In this document: in pieces, positions 7,036 through 16,666 of the stretch | Numbering within the stretch: the stretch's first letter is position 1 | Layout of the letters: every line of letters begins with the position of its first letter | Source: Candidatus Hadarchaeota archaeon | Lineage (GTDB): Archaea; Hadarchaeota; Hadarchaeia; Hadarchaeales; Hadarchaeaceae | Direction: 5' to 3' | Length of the DNA stretch: 32,000 nucleotides | Assembly: GCA_964514965.1 (NCBI GenBank) | Contig: CAZETV010000001.1 | Coordinates: 60,001 to 92,000 of the forward strand | Position numbers and translations under genes: made by a program | The notes under the pieces: model-generated | Seen by the model: the letters and a program-made list of their open reading frames with translations, nothing else | What the model was told of the DNA's origin: nothing | Database searches by the model: none

Positions 7036-7623
7036 ATGTCTATTATCGGTTTGGTTGCGCTTACTCTGCTCTTGGGCCCATTTGGCGCTATACCGTTCGC
7101 GTTTGCTCAAGGAATGTCGACTTTTGATACTGCAATCACTGTAAGCATTATCCACGCGACTCTCGTGCCAGTATGGTTGGGTTTTTTTGAATTTATTGGG
7201 TATAGCATGCGTTACAAAAATCGTATTATCTCCCGTGTTATGAGGTACGCAACGACTAAATCTAAAAGGTTCAGGGTAGATATTGACAGTTACATACGAA
7301 AATTTGAGCGCCGGACGGGACAGTTCGGTTTTGCTCTCGGTGTGGTTGGATTCACATTTTTGGTTGGCGTCTCTTGGGCGGCTCTCTGTGCTTACATACT
7401 AAACATAAAGAAGAAGACGATCCTCGCATCCATCGCTGTCGGTGCAGTGATTTCAAGCGTTTTCTGGACCTTTGTGTTTGCTGGAATTGTGGGGGCCCTT
7501 CCTAGCCCATTGACACTTTACCTAATATTGATTGTTGCGACGTTCGCTTTCCTCGTATACAAGAAAGTTCGCGAGCGTAAACTATTACGGAAAATTTTTC
7601 ATCCAGTCTTAAAAGATCGTTGA
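7036..7623 (+). CDS. Hypothetical polytopic membrane protein (195 aa), with weak resemblance to the small multidrug-export / COG2426-type family
   Basis: It has several hydrophobic helices and a basic central loop. The N-terminal GAIPFAFAQG string is reminiscent of that family but is not decisive. Confidence 0.55.
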   Translation: MSIIGLVALTLLLGPFGAIPFAFAQGMSTFDTAITVSIIHATLVPVWLGFFEFIGYSMRYKNRIISRVMRYATTKSKRFRVDIDSYIRKFERRTGQFGFALGVVGFTFLVGVSWAALCAYILNIKKKTILASIAVGAVISSVFWTFVFAGIVGALPSPLTLYLILIVATFAFLVYKKVRERKLLRKIFHPVLKDR

Positions 7624-7675
7624 TGACTTTGCGTTGGAATCAGAGGAAACCGTGTCTGTTCTCGGACTCACGTTT

Positions 7676-8815
7676 TCATTTGATTAGCCCAATTTTGTAA
7701 AGGTACTCAGCTGCTAGCACTGCACCCTTCGCTGCGCCGAGTTCGGTGTTGTGCGAGAGCACGGTGTACTGGAAGCCGTTCTCAAAAGCGTTTGCTTCTA
7801 CTCCGCCGATGACCGCGACCATGCCACCTTCCAAGGTTGAATCGAACTTAGGCTGGGGCCTGTCTATCTCATTCATGATTACTATCGGTTGTTTAGGTGC
7901 GGTCGGTAATTCCAGTTTTTGTGGTTCGCCCCGATAATTTTTCCAAACTTCTTTCAGCTCATTGATAGTACATTCTTTCGTGGTCTCGATGAAAACGGAC
8001 TCCGTGTGACCGTCGAGGACCGGAACACGATTACATTTGCATGCAATCTTAAATCCCGTTGGTGTTATTTTATCTTCGTTGAATTCTCCAAGGAGCTTCA
8101 CCGTTTCTTTTCTGACTTTTTCTTCCTCCATGTGAATGTATGGAATGACGTTGCCCTCGAAGACACTTTGGGAAAATTCATCCAGTCCAGCCGGAAGGTC
8201 GGCCCCTTGTATCTTTCGCTGTTCGGCCCAGCTCCTGACCGCACTATACCCCGCGCCAGACACAGCCTGCATCGAAGCCATCGTCACGTGCTCAAGTCCG
8301 AATTCATCGTGCACAGGCTTCAAAGACATCACTAGGCCAATAGTCGTGCAGTTGGGCTGAGGCACGACAAATCCTTTCCAACCCCTACCTTTTTGTTGCA
8401 CATCTATGATGCCGGCATGTGACTCATTCACACTCGGCAGGTATACAAAGCTGTCGTCGAAGTAGCGATAGGCTGAAGCCGTGCTGACTACCGGCTTTTC
8501 CATTGCGATGTTTCCCTCGACCCCTAGCGCCGTTTCCGACGGCAACGCTGAAAAGAACAAGCTGTTTTCTTCAGGGCGCACGTTGCTAAGATTCCGGACT
8601 ATCATGTCTAAAATTTTTTTGCTGGACGCTCCTTTGCAAAACCATCTTGAATTTTCCATCCCATAATTTAGTGCATCTGCATAAGTCCTGTCAGCGGACC
8701 TTTCCGAGGCATACAATGCCGTGAGCTCAAACCACGGGTGCTTCTGAAGGTTGAGTACAAATTTCTGCCCAACCTCGCCCGTCGCGCCCAAGACAGCAAC
8801 TGGTATTTTCTTCAT
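7676..8815 (-). CDS. asd: Aspartate-semialdehyde dehydrogenase
   Basis: It has the N-terminal Rossmann motif VAVLGATGEVGQ, the active-site context QPNCTTIGL, SGAGY and a DGHTESV block. GGTGA lies 5 nt upstream of the ATG. It sits next to the DAP/lysine operon. Confidence 0.85.
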   Translation of the reverse strand: MKKIPVAVLGATGEVGQKFVLNLQKHPWFELTALYASERSADRTYADALNYGMENSRWFCKGASSKKILDMIVRNLSNVRPEENSLFFSALPSETALGVEGNIAMEKPVVSTASAYRYFDDSFVYLPSVNESHAGIIDVQQKGRGWKGFVVPQPNCTTIGLVMSLKPVHDEFGLEHVTMASMQAVSGAGYSAVRSWAEQRKIQGADLPAGLDEFSQSVFEGNVIPYIHMEEEKVRKETVKLLGEFNEDKITPTGFKIACKCNRVPVLDGHTESVFIETTKECTINELKEVWKNYRGEPQKLELPTAPKQPIVIMNEIDRPQPKFDSTLEGGMVAVIGGVEANAFENGFQYTVLSHNTELGAAKGAVLAAEYLYKIGLIK

Positions 8816-8889
8816 TCATTCACCTGCTCTACTGTGTTCTCAAGTCTTATTTATTTAATTTGACAAGTTGAAAAGATTTAGGTGTTTAG

Positions 8890-9024
8890 ATGCCCCGCCG
8901 CAAGTATGGGCACATGGTCGGGCCACTTCCAGCTCCGCCTAAACCCGAAAAGTGTAGATTTTGTAGGCGGGGGTTACCTTGTCCTTTCCATAAGCAAAGA
9001 AAAACATCTCTGAGAAAAAAGTAG
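8890..9024 (+). CDS. Candidate small basic zinc-knuckle protein (44 aa), below the ORF-track cutoff
   Basis: My own translation is MPRRKYGHMVGPLPAPPKPEKCRFCRRGLPCPFHKQRKTSLRKK. AGGTG lies 7 nt upstream. The AT-rich TATA-like TTATTTATTTAATTT lies about 30-40 nt upstream. The region is a GC-rich island between two minus-strand genes. It could instead be a structured RNA. Confidence 0.35.
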   Translation: MPRRKYGHMVGPLPAPPKPEKCRFCRRGLPCPFHKQRKTSLRKK

Positions 9025-9043
9025 TGATCGTCATTTTGATTAA

Positions 9044-10099
9044 TTAAGTAGATAGTTTGCTAATTTTTGTCAGGAATTCTTCTTGTTGTGTCCACAGTTC
9101 ACGTTTCAGAGTCCTGAAGTCCCTCTTGATATTTTTAGAATCATCGAGAGCACGCAATGAAACTTCCTTGATCTCTTTCAGATTAGCGCTTCTGACATCT
9201 ATTACCTTATCTTTCTGACCAATGAACTCCATGAAATTGTAATTTTTGGCGTCGTAAGCAACATTTACTATTGGAACCTCGCTTCCGAATGCTAGCACTG
9301 TAGAATGCATCATCATCCCAATGACTAAATCTAGTTTACTGTAAATGAATTTCATTTTGTATGGGTCGGGGGCTGTATCCACCACTTTGAGCGGCAATTT
9401 TTTCTTTCGCATTATCTCAACAACGTGGTGCTCATCTGGATGGTGTACTAAATAGACGATTTCTGCGTTTAGATGTTTAATTAAAAATTTGCAAGCTTTG
9501 ATGTACTCTTCAATTGTTCGGTACAAATATTCAGGATACAGCGCCCAGTAGTGGCAAGCCACGTTCACACCTATCTTTATTTTGCTTTCATCTAGGGCGA
9601 TTTGACTAGTCTCTTCAGAAGCGAGAAAAATTGCGGGATCACCTATTACGTGCACATCGTTTACTCCTAAATCTCTCAAAAATTTACAGGTGTATCCGTC
9701 CCGAACGGAGGTGAGTTTGGCGCGCGCGTTCAATAATCGAATGCTTTCTTTTTGCTCTTGAGTCAGTTCCTTGTCTCCGAGATTTCTGATGTATCCTATT
9801 CCATAGAGCACGATTGGTATCTCTACCGATTTGATAATTTGTGCATCCATCGGGAGAAAAAATTTGGAGTATAATCCTCCTCCCCCGATTACACAAATGT
9901 CATGCTGGTTGATGGTCTCGATAAATTCGGTGGGTTGTGGTTTTTCTAATTCTTCGACTTCCCCCGGGGTATAGGTAAATGGTTTCAAACGGGAGCGTAG
10001 CATGTCTCTGATTGAATATGCTATAGCGATTTCGCCTATGTTGTAAAAATCCTCTTCTCTCCTACAAAAATGGATTATACTAGACAATGTAACTCCCAT
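9044..10099 (-). CDS. Polysaccharide pyruvyl transferase family protein (PS_pyruv_trans-like)
   Basis: It is 351 aa with NIGE near the N-terminus, ICVIGGGGLY, a VRDGYT...GDPAIFL block and MMMHSTVLAFGSEVPIVNVAYDAKN, the usual motif order of this family. It lies 18 nt downstream of dapB on the same strand. Confidence 0.7.
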   Translation of the reverse strand: MGVTLSSIIHFCRREEDFYNIGEIAIAYSIRDMLRSRLKPFTYTPGEVEELEKPQPTEFIETINQHDICVIGGGGLYSKFFLPMDAQIIKSVEIPIVLYGIGYIRNLGDKELTQEQKESIRLLNARAKLTSVRDGYTCKFLRDLGVNDVHVIGDPAIFLASEETSQIALDESKIKIGVNVACHYWALYPEYLYRTIEEYIKACKFLIKHLNAEIVYLVHHPDEHHVVEIMRKKKLPLKVVDTAPDPYKMKFIYSKLDLVIGMMMHSTVLAFGSEVPIVNVAYDAKNYNFMEFIGQKDKVIDVRSANLKEIKEVSLRALDDSKNIKRDFRTLKRELWTQQEEFLTKISKLST

Positions 10100-10117
10100 T
10101 TCACTAAGTTCATCGGA

Positions 10118-10891
10118 CTATAAACCTAGGACATCCTGCATGTCTTGCACAACGCTTGGCTTGCCGTTTTCAACGATGTAGCGGATTGCCTTCATCGCTC
10201 CTGCAGCAAACGTCTCTCGACTCTGCGCACGATGAATTATCTCGAACCGTTCCCCCGGGGTGAAGAATATCACCGTGTGTTCTCCGACAATGTCGCCTTC
10301 TCTAATCGATTTAATTTTTATTTTATCCTCGCTCCAGTTGAATTCTTTCGCGATAATTTGCGCAGCTCTGCGTGCGGTTCCGCTGGGAGCGTCGCGCTTG
10401 TGTACATGGTGCGCTTCAACTATTTCTACTTTGTAATCGCTGCCCAACATCCTTGCAGTTTTCTCGACTGATTTGAAAAATACATTTACGCCGACAGACA
10501 TGTTTGGTGAAATGACCGCTCGGATTTTCCCTTTTTTCACGGCTTCTTCCATTTCAACCAGCTGTTCTGCCGTGAAGCCGGTGGTACCCACGACCACAGA
10601 AACGCCCACTTCTGATGCGGTTTTGACGTTTTGAACTGTGGCATCTGCTTTGGTGAAGTCCATTAAGACATCTGGCTTTGACTCCTTCAGAACTTCAGCC
10701 AGTTTGTCTGCACCAACAATTTTTACGCCAAGTCCACCCACATCAGCTAGTTCCCCGGCATCCTTTCCTACATTTGGGATATCGGGGACATCGATGGCTG
10801 CAACCAACTTCATATCCGATTGTTTCGCGACTTGGCGCACAATTAGCCTGCCCATCCGTCCGCAGGCACCGCAGACAGCAACTCGAATCAT
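10118..10891 (-). CDS. dapB: 4-hydroxy-tetrahydrodipicolinate reductase
   Basis: It has the N-terminal VAVCGACGRMGR NAD(P)-binding motif, VVGTTGF and an EAHHxHKxDAPSGTA block. Confidence 0.92.
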   Translation of the reverse strand: MIRVAVCGACGRMGRLIVRQVAKQSDMKLVAAIDVPDIPNVGKDAGELADVGGLGVKIVGADKLAEVLKESKPDVLMDFTKADATVQNVKTASEVGVSVVVGTTGFTAEQLVEMEEAVKKGKIRAVISPNMSVGVNVFFKSVEKTARMLGSDYKVEIVEAHHVHKRDAPSGTARRAAQIIAKEFNWSEDKIKIKSIREGDIVGEHTVIFFTPGERFEIIHRAQSRETFAAGAMKAIRYIVENGKPSVVQDMQDVLGL

Positions 10892-11772
10892 TTTACCAAT
10901 CTCATGTCGACTAGAACTTTGCGCAATTTTTCTTGGTTTTCTGGCTCGAGTTCTACTAATGGTAGCCTAGGTCCTCCAGCGGACATCCCCATCCAGTTCA
11001 TGGCCATCTTGACGGGCCCTGGATTAGTTTCTATAAACAACACCTTGAACAGCGATGTTAATTCGTCGTTAATCCGTTTGGCTGTTTCGACATCTCTGGA
11101 CCTAAAAGAATCTACTATCTTAGCCACTTTATCAGGCACGATGTTTGCTGCAACCGAGATAATGCCGACCCCCCCCATTTTCATAATTTCGAGCATCAGC
11201 GAATCGTTACCAGAAATCACAACGAAATTTTCACCGCGAGTCAGTTCAATTATTCGCATGATTTGCTCTAGGTTTCCGCTTGCTTCTTTTACTCCCACGA
11301 TGTTCTTCAGCTTGGCCAGTTTTGCCATGGTCTCAGGCTCCATGTTGACGCTCGTGCGCGAGGGTATATTGTAAATAACTTGAGGTATATCGACCTCCTC
11401 CGCGAGCCGCTTGTAATGCTGGTAAAGGCCCGCTTGAGTTGGCCTGTTATAATAGGGCACCACGAGTAGCGCTCCGTCCGCGCCCACTTCCTTTGCGTGT
11501 TTCGTGAGCATGATTGCTTCCCACGTGCTGTTGCTCCCAGTGCCAGCAAGCACGGGCACTTTTCCCTTTGCCGCATCGACAACGATTTCGACGACGCGGT
11601 TGTGTTCTTCGTAAGAAAGCGTTGTGCATTCACCTGTTGTCCCAACCGGCACTAATCCGTGGATACCATTTTTGATTTGAAATTTCACATTTTCGCGAAG
11701 CCCTTCCTCGTAGATTTTTCCATCTTTATCAAAGGGCGTGACCATTGCAGTTAGGGCGCCTTCGAACATCAT
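10888..11772 (-). CDS. dapA: 4-hydroxy-tetrahydrodipicolinate synthase
   Basis: It has AMVTPF, GTTGEcxxLS, YNxP and VGVKEASG (the Schiff-base Lys context). There are 4-nt overlaps with both neighbours. Confidence 0.93.
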   Translation of the reverse strand: MMFEGALTAMVTPFDKDGKIYEEGLRENVKFQIKNGIHGLVPVGTTGECTTLSYEEHNRVVEIVVDAAKGKVPVLAGTGSNSTWEAIMLTKHAKEVGADGALLVVPYYNRPTQAGLYQHYKRLAEEVDIPQVIYNIPSRTSVNMEPETMAKLAKLKNIVGVKEASGNLEQIMRIIELTRGENFVVISGNDSLMLEIMKMGGVGIISVAANIVPDKVAKIVDSFRSRDVETAKRINDELTSLFKVLFIETNPGPVKMAMNWMGMSAGGPRLPLVELEPENQEKLRKVLVDMRLVK

Positions 11773-12998
11773 ATAACCTCCTTAATAGTCTGCCTGAGCA
11801 GCTTCAGGGCTTTCTTACGATCGTCCCAGTTGACGAAGAAGCTAATCGACGCCCGGCTTGAGAATATTTCAATGATGTTTATCCGAGCTCGCGCGAGAGG
11901 TTCCGACAATTTGGATATGGCACCCGGCGTGTAGATGAATCGTTCACTTTCCGCAATGAGCAATGCAATGTTGTTCTCACTCGTCACTGATTTCATCTTT
12001 CTGTTTAGAATTATGCTTTTGTGCAGCAGCTCAAGTGCTCGGTGGGACTCCTCCTCCATAACGTAAATCGAGAAAGACCTTGGGCCGATTGAGATGCCGA
12101 ATATGTTTATGCCCGCTTTGGTTAGGGGGGTTGCGCACTTTACAAGTATCCCTGGCGTAGTCTGCATTTCTTCGCCGACTATCGTCAGCATCGCAAGCGG
12201 TTTTTCGTGCGCTCGAACACCCACAAATTCGACCTCCTTTGGTCCTACAATAGTTGTACCCCGAACAGATAAATTACCGTATCGGAAGTGTATAACCTTG
12301 GCGTTTATGTGGGGGCTCTTATAACTCATCGCTCGGGGATGCATCACCTGCGCCCCAAAGCGTGCTAGGTCACGCATTTCTTCTACTGAGATGCGCTTGA
12401 TTAACTGTGCTTCCTTGATTTTGTTGGGATCAACAGTCATAACCCCTTCGGCATCTGTGACAATAATCACCTCATCTGCGCCTAAGCATTCTCCCATTAG
12501 AAAACCCGTTATATCGCTGCCTCCGCGTCCGATCGTTGTTATATTGCCTTGATTATCTTTGCCCAGAAAACCGCATATCACAGGGATTACACGCTTTTTC
12601 AGTAAAGGAGAAATGAATTTTTTGGTTCTAATTCTCGTCTCGGCCAAGTTCACGTTAGCAAAGCCGAAGTTGCTGTTAGTCACCACCGGCCATTCACGTT
12701 GATTAGGGTCTATATACCTTGCATTCGCCCCAAAGCTACACAATGCTGCAGCGAATACTCGAGCACTCGTTTGCTCTCCCATCGCCATAACATCGTCGAG
12801 TTCTCGGGCGCTCACCTTGCCATCAGTGCCCGCTTTCGCTGCTTTAATTAGTTCATCTGTTGTGTGCCCCATTGCGGACACTACTACTGCCACTTCAGTG
12901 CCTTTTTTATACTCTCGATAGACGGCTTTTGCCCCCATACGTATACGTTCGCCGTCCGCGACGCTGGTCCCCCCAAACTTGACGACAATTCGCCTCAC
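11769..12998 (-). CDS. lysC: Aspartate kinase
   Basis: It has VVKFGGTSV, VVSAMGHTTDELI and GRGGSDITG, plus C-terminal ACT-like repeats. It is 409 aa. Confidence 0.9.
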   Translation of the reverse strand: MRRIVVKFGGTSVADGERIRMGAKAVYREYKKGTEVAVVVSAMGHTTDELIKAAKAGTDGKVSARELDDVMAMGEQTSARVFAAALCSFGANARYIDPNQREWPVVTNSNFGFANVNLAETRIRTKKFISPLLKKRVIPVICGFLGKDNQGNITTIGRGGSDITGFLMGECLGADEVIIVTDAEGVMTVDPNKIKEAQLIKRISVEEMRDLARFGAQVMHPRAMSYKSPHINAKVIHFRYGNLSVRGTTIVGPKEVEFVGVRAHEKPLAMLTIVGEEMQTTPGILVKCATPLTKAGINIFGISIGPRSFSIYVMEEESHRALELLHKSIILNRKMKSVTSENNIALLIAESERFIYTPGAISKLSEPLARARINIIEIFSSRASISFFVNWDDRKKALKLLRQTIKEVI

Positions 12999-14308
12999 TT
13001 AAGCCACCCGGGGATTTGATCGAGGCGTGTCAGGTCTTCGTAACTTTCCCTCTTCCGGATGATTTCGGTCTTGCCACGGTTGACCAAAACCATTGCCGGG
13101 CGGGGCTGAGCGGTGTGTTGGTTAGATACAGCTAAGCCATAAGCCCCAACATCGAAAATCACAGCCAGATCTCCGGGTTCGGTGGCGGGCAACTTACGTT
13201 CTTTGCCCAAGAAATCGCCAGACTCACAGAGGGGCCCAGCGATATTGAAGAGTATCTCATTTTTTTCTCGGATTTTGTTTGCGAGTTCGATATGGTGGTA
13301 TGCTCCGTAAAGAGCTGGCCTAATCAGCGCGTTCATCCCCGCGTCAACCGCCACCCATGTTGGCATCCCGGGCCGCTCCTTGGTGTAGCCGACACGTGCC
13401 AGCAGCACACTTGCGTCGGCGATTATGTACCGCCCTGGTTCAAAGACAAGTGTCGGTTTTGTGAGATTCTTTTCTTCGACGACCCGTTTGACCACAGCCA
13501 CTATGCGCTCTGCTACTTGTGCGGGTTTGAGTTCTGGGTCATCGGGTTTATAGGGGATTCCGATACCGCCCCCAAAATCGACGAATTGGAGGTTGATGTT
13601 AAACCTTTTTTTAATCTCGACTACTAGAGCCATAAGTTTCTTAGCCTCTTCCTCGAAGGGCCCGGAGTCGAGGAGTTGAGAGCCGATATGGGCGTGGATG
13701 CCAACGACCTTGACGTTCTTCATCTTTGATGCGAGCTTGTATGCTTCAAGTGCCTGCCCACTCGCAACATCGAACCCAAATTTACTCTCTCGAAGCCCCG
13801 TGGCTATGTAAGGGTGAGTCGGGGCTTTCACGTCAGGGTTCACTCTAAACCCTATCCGTGCTTTTTTTCCAATCCTTGCGGCGATTTTTTCAACCACATT
13901 AAGTTCCTGCGCACTGTCAACGTTTATCAGAACGTTGTTAATTATTGCATACTCCAGCTCCGGAGGTGATTTGTGGTTGCCGTTGAAGATTGCCCTCTCA
14001 CCAGGAACGCCAACCTTCAGGGCGTTTCGGAGTTCATTACCGGAACTAATCTCCGCACCCGCATTCTCGCTCTGCAGAATTTTGCAAATCGCCAAGTTGG
14101 AGTTAGCCTTGAGGGCGTAGGAGACAAACACGTTTGGCCATCTCTCGGCAAAGGCATGATAGAAACGCCTGTAGTTCTCGCGCACACGCTGTTCATCAAC
14201 TACATATAAAGGAGTTCCAAATCGCTCGGCGAGTTCGACCGCGTCGGCACCACCAATCACGAGATGTCCTTTGGGGTTGGTGCTGAAATGCTGTTTCAGC
14301 ATTAGCAT
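12995..14308 (-). CDS. lysA: Diaminopimelate decarboxylase
   Basis: It has YALKAN (the PLP-binding Lys), HIGSQ, GGGIGIPY, EPGR and CESGD motifs. It is 437 aa. Confidence 0.92.
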   Translation of the reverse strand: MLMLKQHFSTNPKGHLVIGGADAVELAERFGTPLYVVDEQRVRENYRRFYHAFAERWPNVFVSYALKANSNLAICKILQSENAGAEISSGNELRNALKVGVPGERAIFNGNHKSPPELEYAIINNVLINVDSAQELNVVEKIAARIGKKARIGFRVNPDVKAPTHPYIATGLRESKFGFDVASGQALEAYKLASKMKNVKVVGIHAHIGSQLLDSGPFEEEAKKLMALVVEIKKRFNINLQFVDFGGGIGIPYKPDDPELKPAQVAERIVAVVKRVVEEKNLTKPTLVFEPGRYIIADASVLLARVGYTKERPGMPTWVAVDAGMNALIRPALYGAYHHIELANKIREKNEILFNIAGPLCESGDFLGKERKLPATEPGDLAVIFDVGAYGLAVSNQHTAQPRPAMVLVNRGKTEIIRKRESYEDLTRLDQIPGWLK

Positions 14309-15639
14309 TTTCTCTCAACCTCGCGGAGGGCTTCCCCGAAGATATCTAGGCCAAGTTCGAGTTCGTTTTGACTTATGATGAGCGGTGGGGCTATTCGAAT
14401 AGTTGATTTTCCTCCCCGAAAGACGATGAGCCCTCGATTCAAGGCTCCCTGTATCACTGCATTACGCTCTTTGATTGCTTTCTTCTTTGTCCGCCTATCT
14501 CTGACTAATTCCACCGCTAACAGCAGTCCTTTACCCCTAACTTCGCCAATCAAGCGGGATTCATCGGCGAATTCCTGTAGCCGTTTGAGCGCAAGCTCGC
14601 CTAGCTCGCCAGCTCTTTTCACGAGCTTTTGTTTTTCCAAGATATCTAACCCTTCAAGAGCTGCCGCGCAGGCTATCAGGTTGCCTCCGAAGGTCGAGGC
14701 GTGCGCTCCAGGTTCCCAATCCATGACCTTCGCGTTGGCTATTGTCGCGCCTATTGGGGCCATCCCACCAGCTAGTGCTTTCGCTACACACGAGATTTCG
14801 GGCGTTATTTTCCAATGTTCCATCGCGAACATCTTTCCAGTTCGCCCGAGACCAGTCTGGATCTCGTCGGCTATAAAGAGCCAGTCGTGTTTCTCGCACA
14901 ACTCTCTCAACATTGGGTAGTATTCAGGTGGGGGGATGATGTACCCGGAGTTACCTTGAATCGGCTCGATGATGACTGCAGCAACCTCCTCAGGTGGGAT
15001 TACTTGTTTTATTGATTTGCGGATGTACTCAACACATGTGAAATCGCACCCTGGGTAACTCTGACTGAATGGGCATCGGTAGCAGTAGGGGTAGGGCATG
15101 AAGCTCACGCCCGGCACTAACGGGGCAAAATAGCGATGATGAACGACGTTTACTGAGGACAGGCTCATCGCTCCGAAAGTTCGGCCATGGAATGCCCCTG
15201 TGAAAGCAATCATGCGTGGGCGGCGAGTGTGCCAGCGAGCGCATTTGAAGGCTGCTTCCACTGATTCGGCGCCACTGTTTCCGAAGTAAACGCGTTTGGC
15301 AAACTTTCCAGGAGTAATCCTCACGAGTTTTTCAGCGAGCTTCACCTGCGCCTCGTAGTAGAAATCGGTTCCGGCGAAGTGTGTGAGCTTCGTAGCCTGT
15401 TGCTCGATGGCGCGGATAAGTTGAGGGTGAGAATAACCAAAGTTGAGGACGAACATGCCCGATGTGAGATCGAGCAGGACGTTTCCGTCCACATCCCGCA
15501 CATAACAACCCCAACCTTCCTTCGCCACTATCTGCTCAGCTCGCGTGTAAGAAGGTGACATTACACGCTCATCACGTGCAACTATCCCTTTTGCTCGAGG
15601 GCCTGGAATTGGTTTTACAATCCGTGGGCCCCTTTTCAT
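14302..15639 (-). CDS. Class-III (fold-type I) PLP aminotransferase, GabT/ArgD-like; possible DAP-pathway aminotransferase
   Basis: It has GNSGAESVEAA, EPIQGNSGYIIPP, DEIQTGLGRTG and the PLP-Lys context VAKALAGG. It is the first gene of the translationally coupled lysine operon, with a 7-nt overlap with lysA. Confidence 0.8.
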   Translation of the reverse strand: MKRGPRIVKPIPGPRAKGIVARDERVMSPSYTRAEQIVAKEGWGCYVRDVDGNVLLDLTSGMFVLNFGYSHPQLIRAIEQQATKLTHFAGTDFYYEAQVKLAEKLVRITPGKFAKRVYFGNSGAESVEAAFKCARWHTRRPRMIAFTGAFHGRTFGAMSLSSVNVVHHRYFAPLVPGVSFMPYPYCYRCPFSQSYPGCDFTCVEYIRKSIKQVIPPEEVAAVIIEPIQGNSGYIIPPPEYYPMLRELCEKHDWLFIADEIQTGLGRTGKMFAMEHWKITPEISCVAKALAGGMAPIGATIANAKVMDWEPGAHASTFGGNLIACAAALEGLDILEKQKLVKRAGELGELALKRLQEFADESRLIGEVRGKGLLLAVELVRDRRTKKKAIKERNAVIQGALNRGLIVFRGGKSTIRIAPPLIISQNELELGLDIFGEALREVERKC

Positions 15640-15774
15640 CCATGCTGGTTTTGACAGACTCTCACCCTACAGTTTTACGCAAATATATCTATTTAAATAA
15701 TTGCAGCGGCGTAACAAAGCAAGCTAACTAAGTTTTTTATAGCTAGCAGCGCCTTTTCCTTCAGAGGTGCACTT

Positions 15775-16662
15775 GTGGTAAATCCTAAAATGCGTGTTGG
15801 AAAAAGAGATGTGTTAGCGGTTTTACCTAAACGAAAGCATGGAGCACACAAAGGTGACTATGGACGGTTACTCGTTGTCGGGGGCGGGTCGCGTTATGTT
15901 GGGGCTCCAGCGCTCGTTGGCCTAGCCGCGTTGCATTCCGGTGTTGACCTCGCAATCATTGCTGCGCCTGAAAAAGCAGCTTGGACGATAAACTCATTCT
16001 CACCAGACCTTATCACAATCAAACTTCCCTGTCGCGACCTTGAGCCCTCCGCAATTTCTGAATTACGGAACGAATTTAAACTCTCAACAGCCGTAGTCGT
16101 GGGGCCGGGATTGGGCACGCTTGCGAAGACACGTGACGCTATAATCGAGATAGCACGCACCCTCAAGGAGGCGCAACCAAACCTGCCCGCGCTCTTCGAC
16201 GCGGATGGGTTGAAAGCGCTGGCATCAGAGCGGGATTTACTTCAGGAAATGCGTTGGGTTCTGACACCCCATGCGCGTGAGTTCGAATTACTAACTGGCG
16301 TGGACCTCCCAGCTGACATAAACGGACGAGCCCAACAGGTCAAGGCTGCCGCAAAGCAGTTCGGCTGCACGGTGTTGTTGAAATCGTGGGTGGACATTAT
16401 TGCATCACCTGCTGGCAAAGTTAAACTCAATTACACAGGCAACTCCGGGATGACAGTGGGAGGCACAGGTGATGTACTCGCAGGAATAGTGGGCACTTTC
16501 TTGGCGCAAGGGGTAGAACCTTTCAAAGCTGCGGTCTCTGGAGCTTGGGTATGCGGGCGGGCGGGGGATATATGCCTTCGGGAAAAGAGTAATGAATTCT
16601 TAGCATCAGACTTGCTTGGGAAATTATCCGAAGTTTTCAAGGAGGTTAGAGGAAGGAGATGA
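15775..16662 (+). CDS. nnrD: ADP-dependent NAD(P)H-hydrate dehydratase (YjeF C-terminal / carbohydrate-kinase fold)
   Basis: It has [19 protein letters not shown], a C-terminal GTGDVLAG motif and the expected length. The track start is GTG at 15775. Confidence 0.8.
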   Translation: MVNPKMRVGKRDVLAVLPKRKHGAHKGDYGRLLVVGGGSRYVGAPALVGLAALHSGVDLAIIAAPEKAAWTINSFSPDLITIKLPCRDLEPSAISELRNEFKLSTAVVVGPGLGTLAKTRDAIIEIARTLKEAQPNLPALFDADGLKALASERDLLQEMRWVLTPHAREFELLTGVDLPADINGRAQQVKAAAKQFGCTVLLKSWVDIIASPAGKVKLNYTGNSGMTVGGTGDVLAGIVGTFLAQGVEPFKAAVSGAWVCGRAGDICLREKSNEFLASDLLGKLSEVFKEVRGRR

Positions 16663-16666
16663 TATT

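Noticed and set aside
8890-8975. A lysine riboswitch-like leader, given the location beside lysine biosynthesis genes and the alternative helices.
   Set aside because: L-box riboswitches are bacterial, about 180 nt and five-helix. This element is too short, lies on the opposite strand from the lysine operon, and lacks the conserved L-box core.
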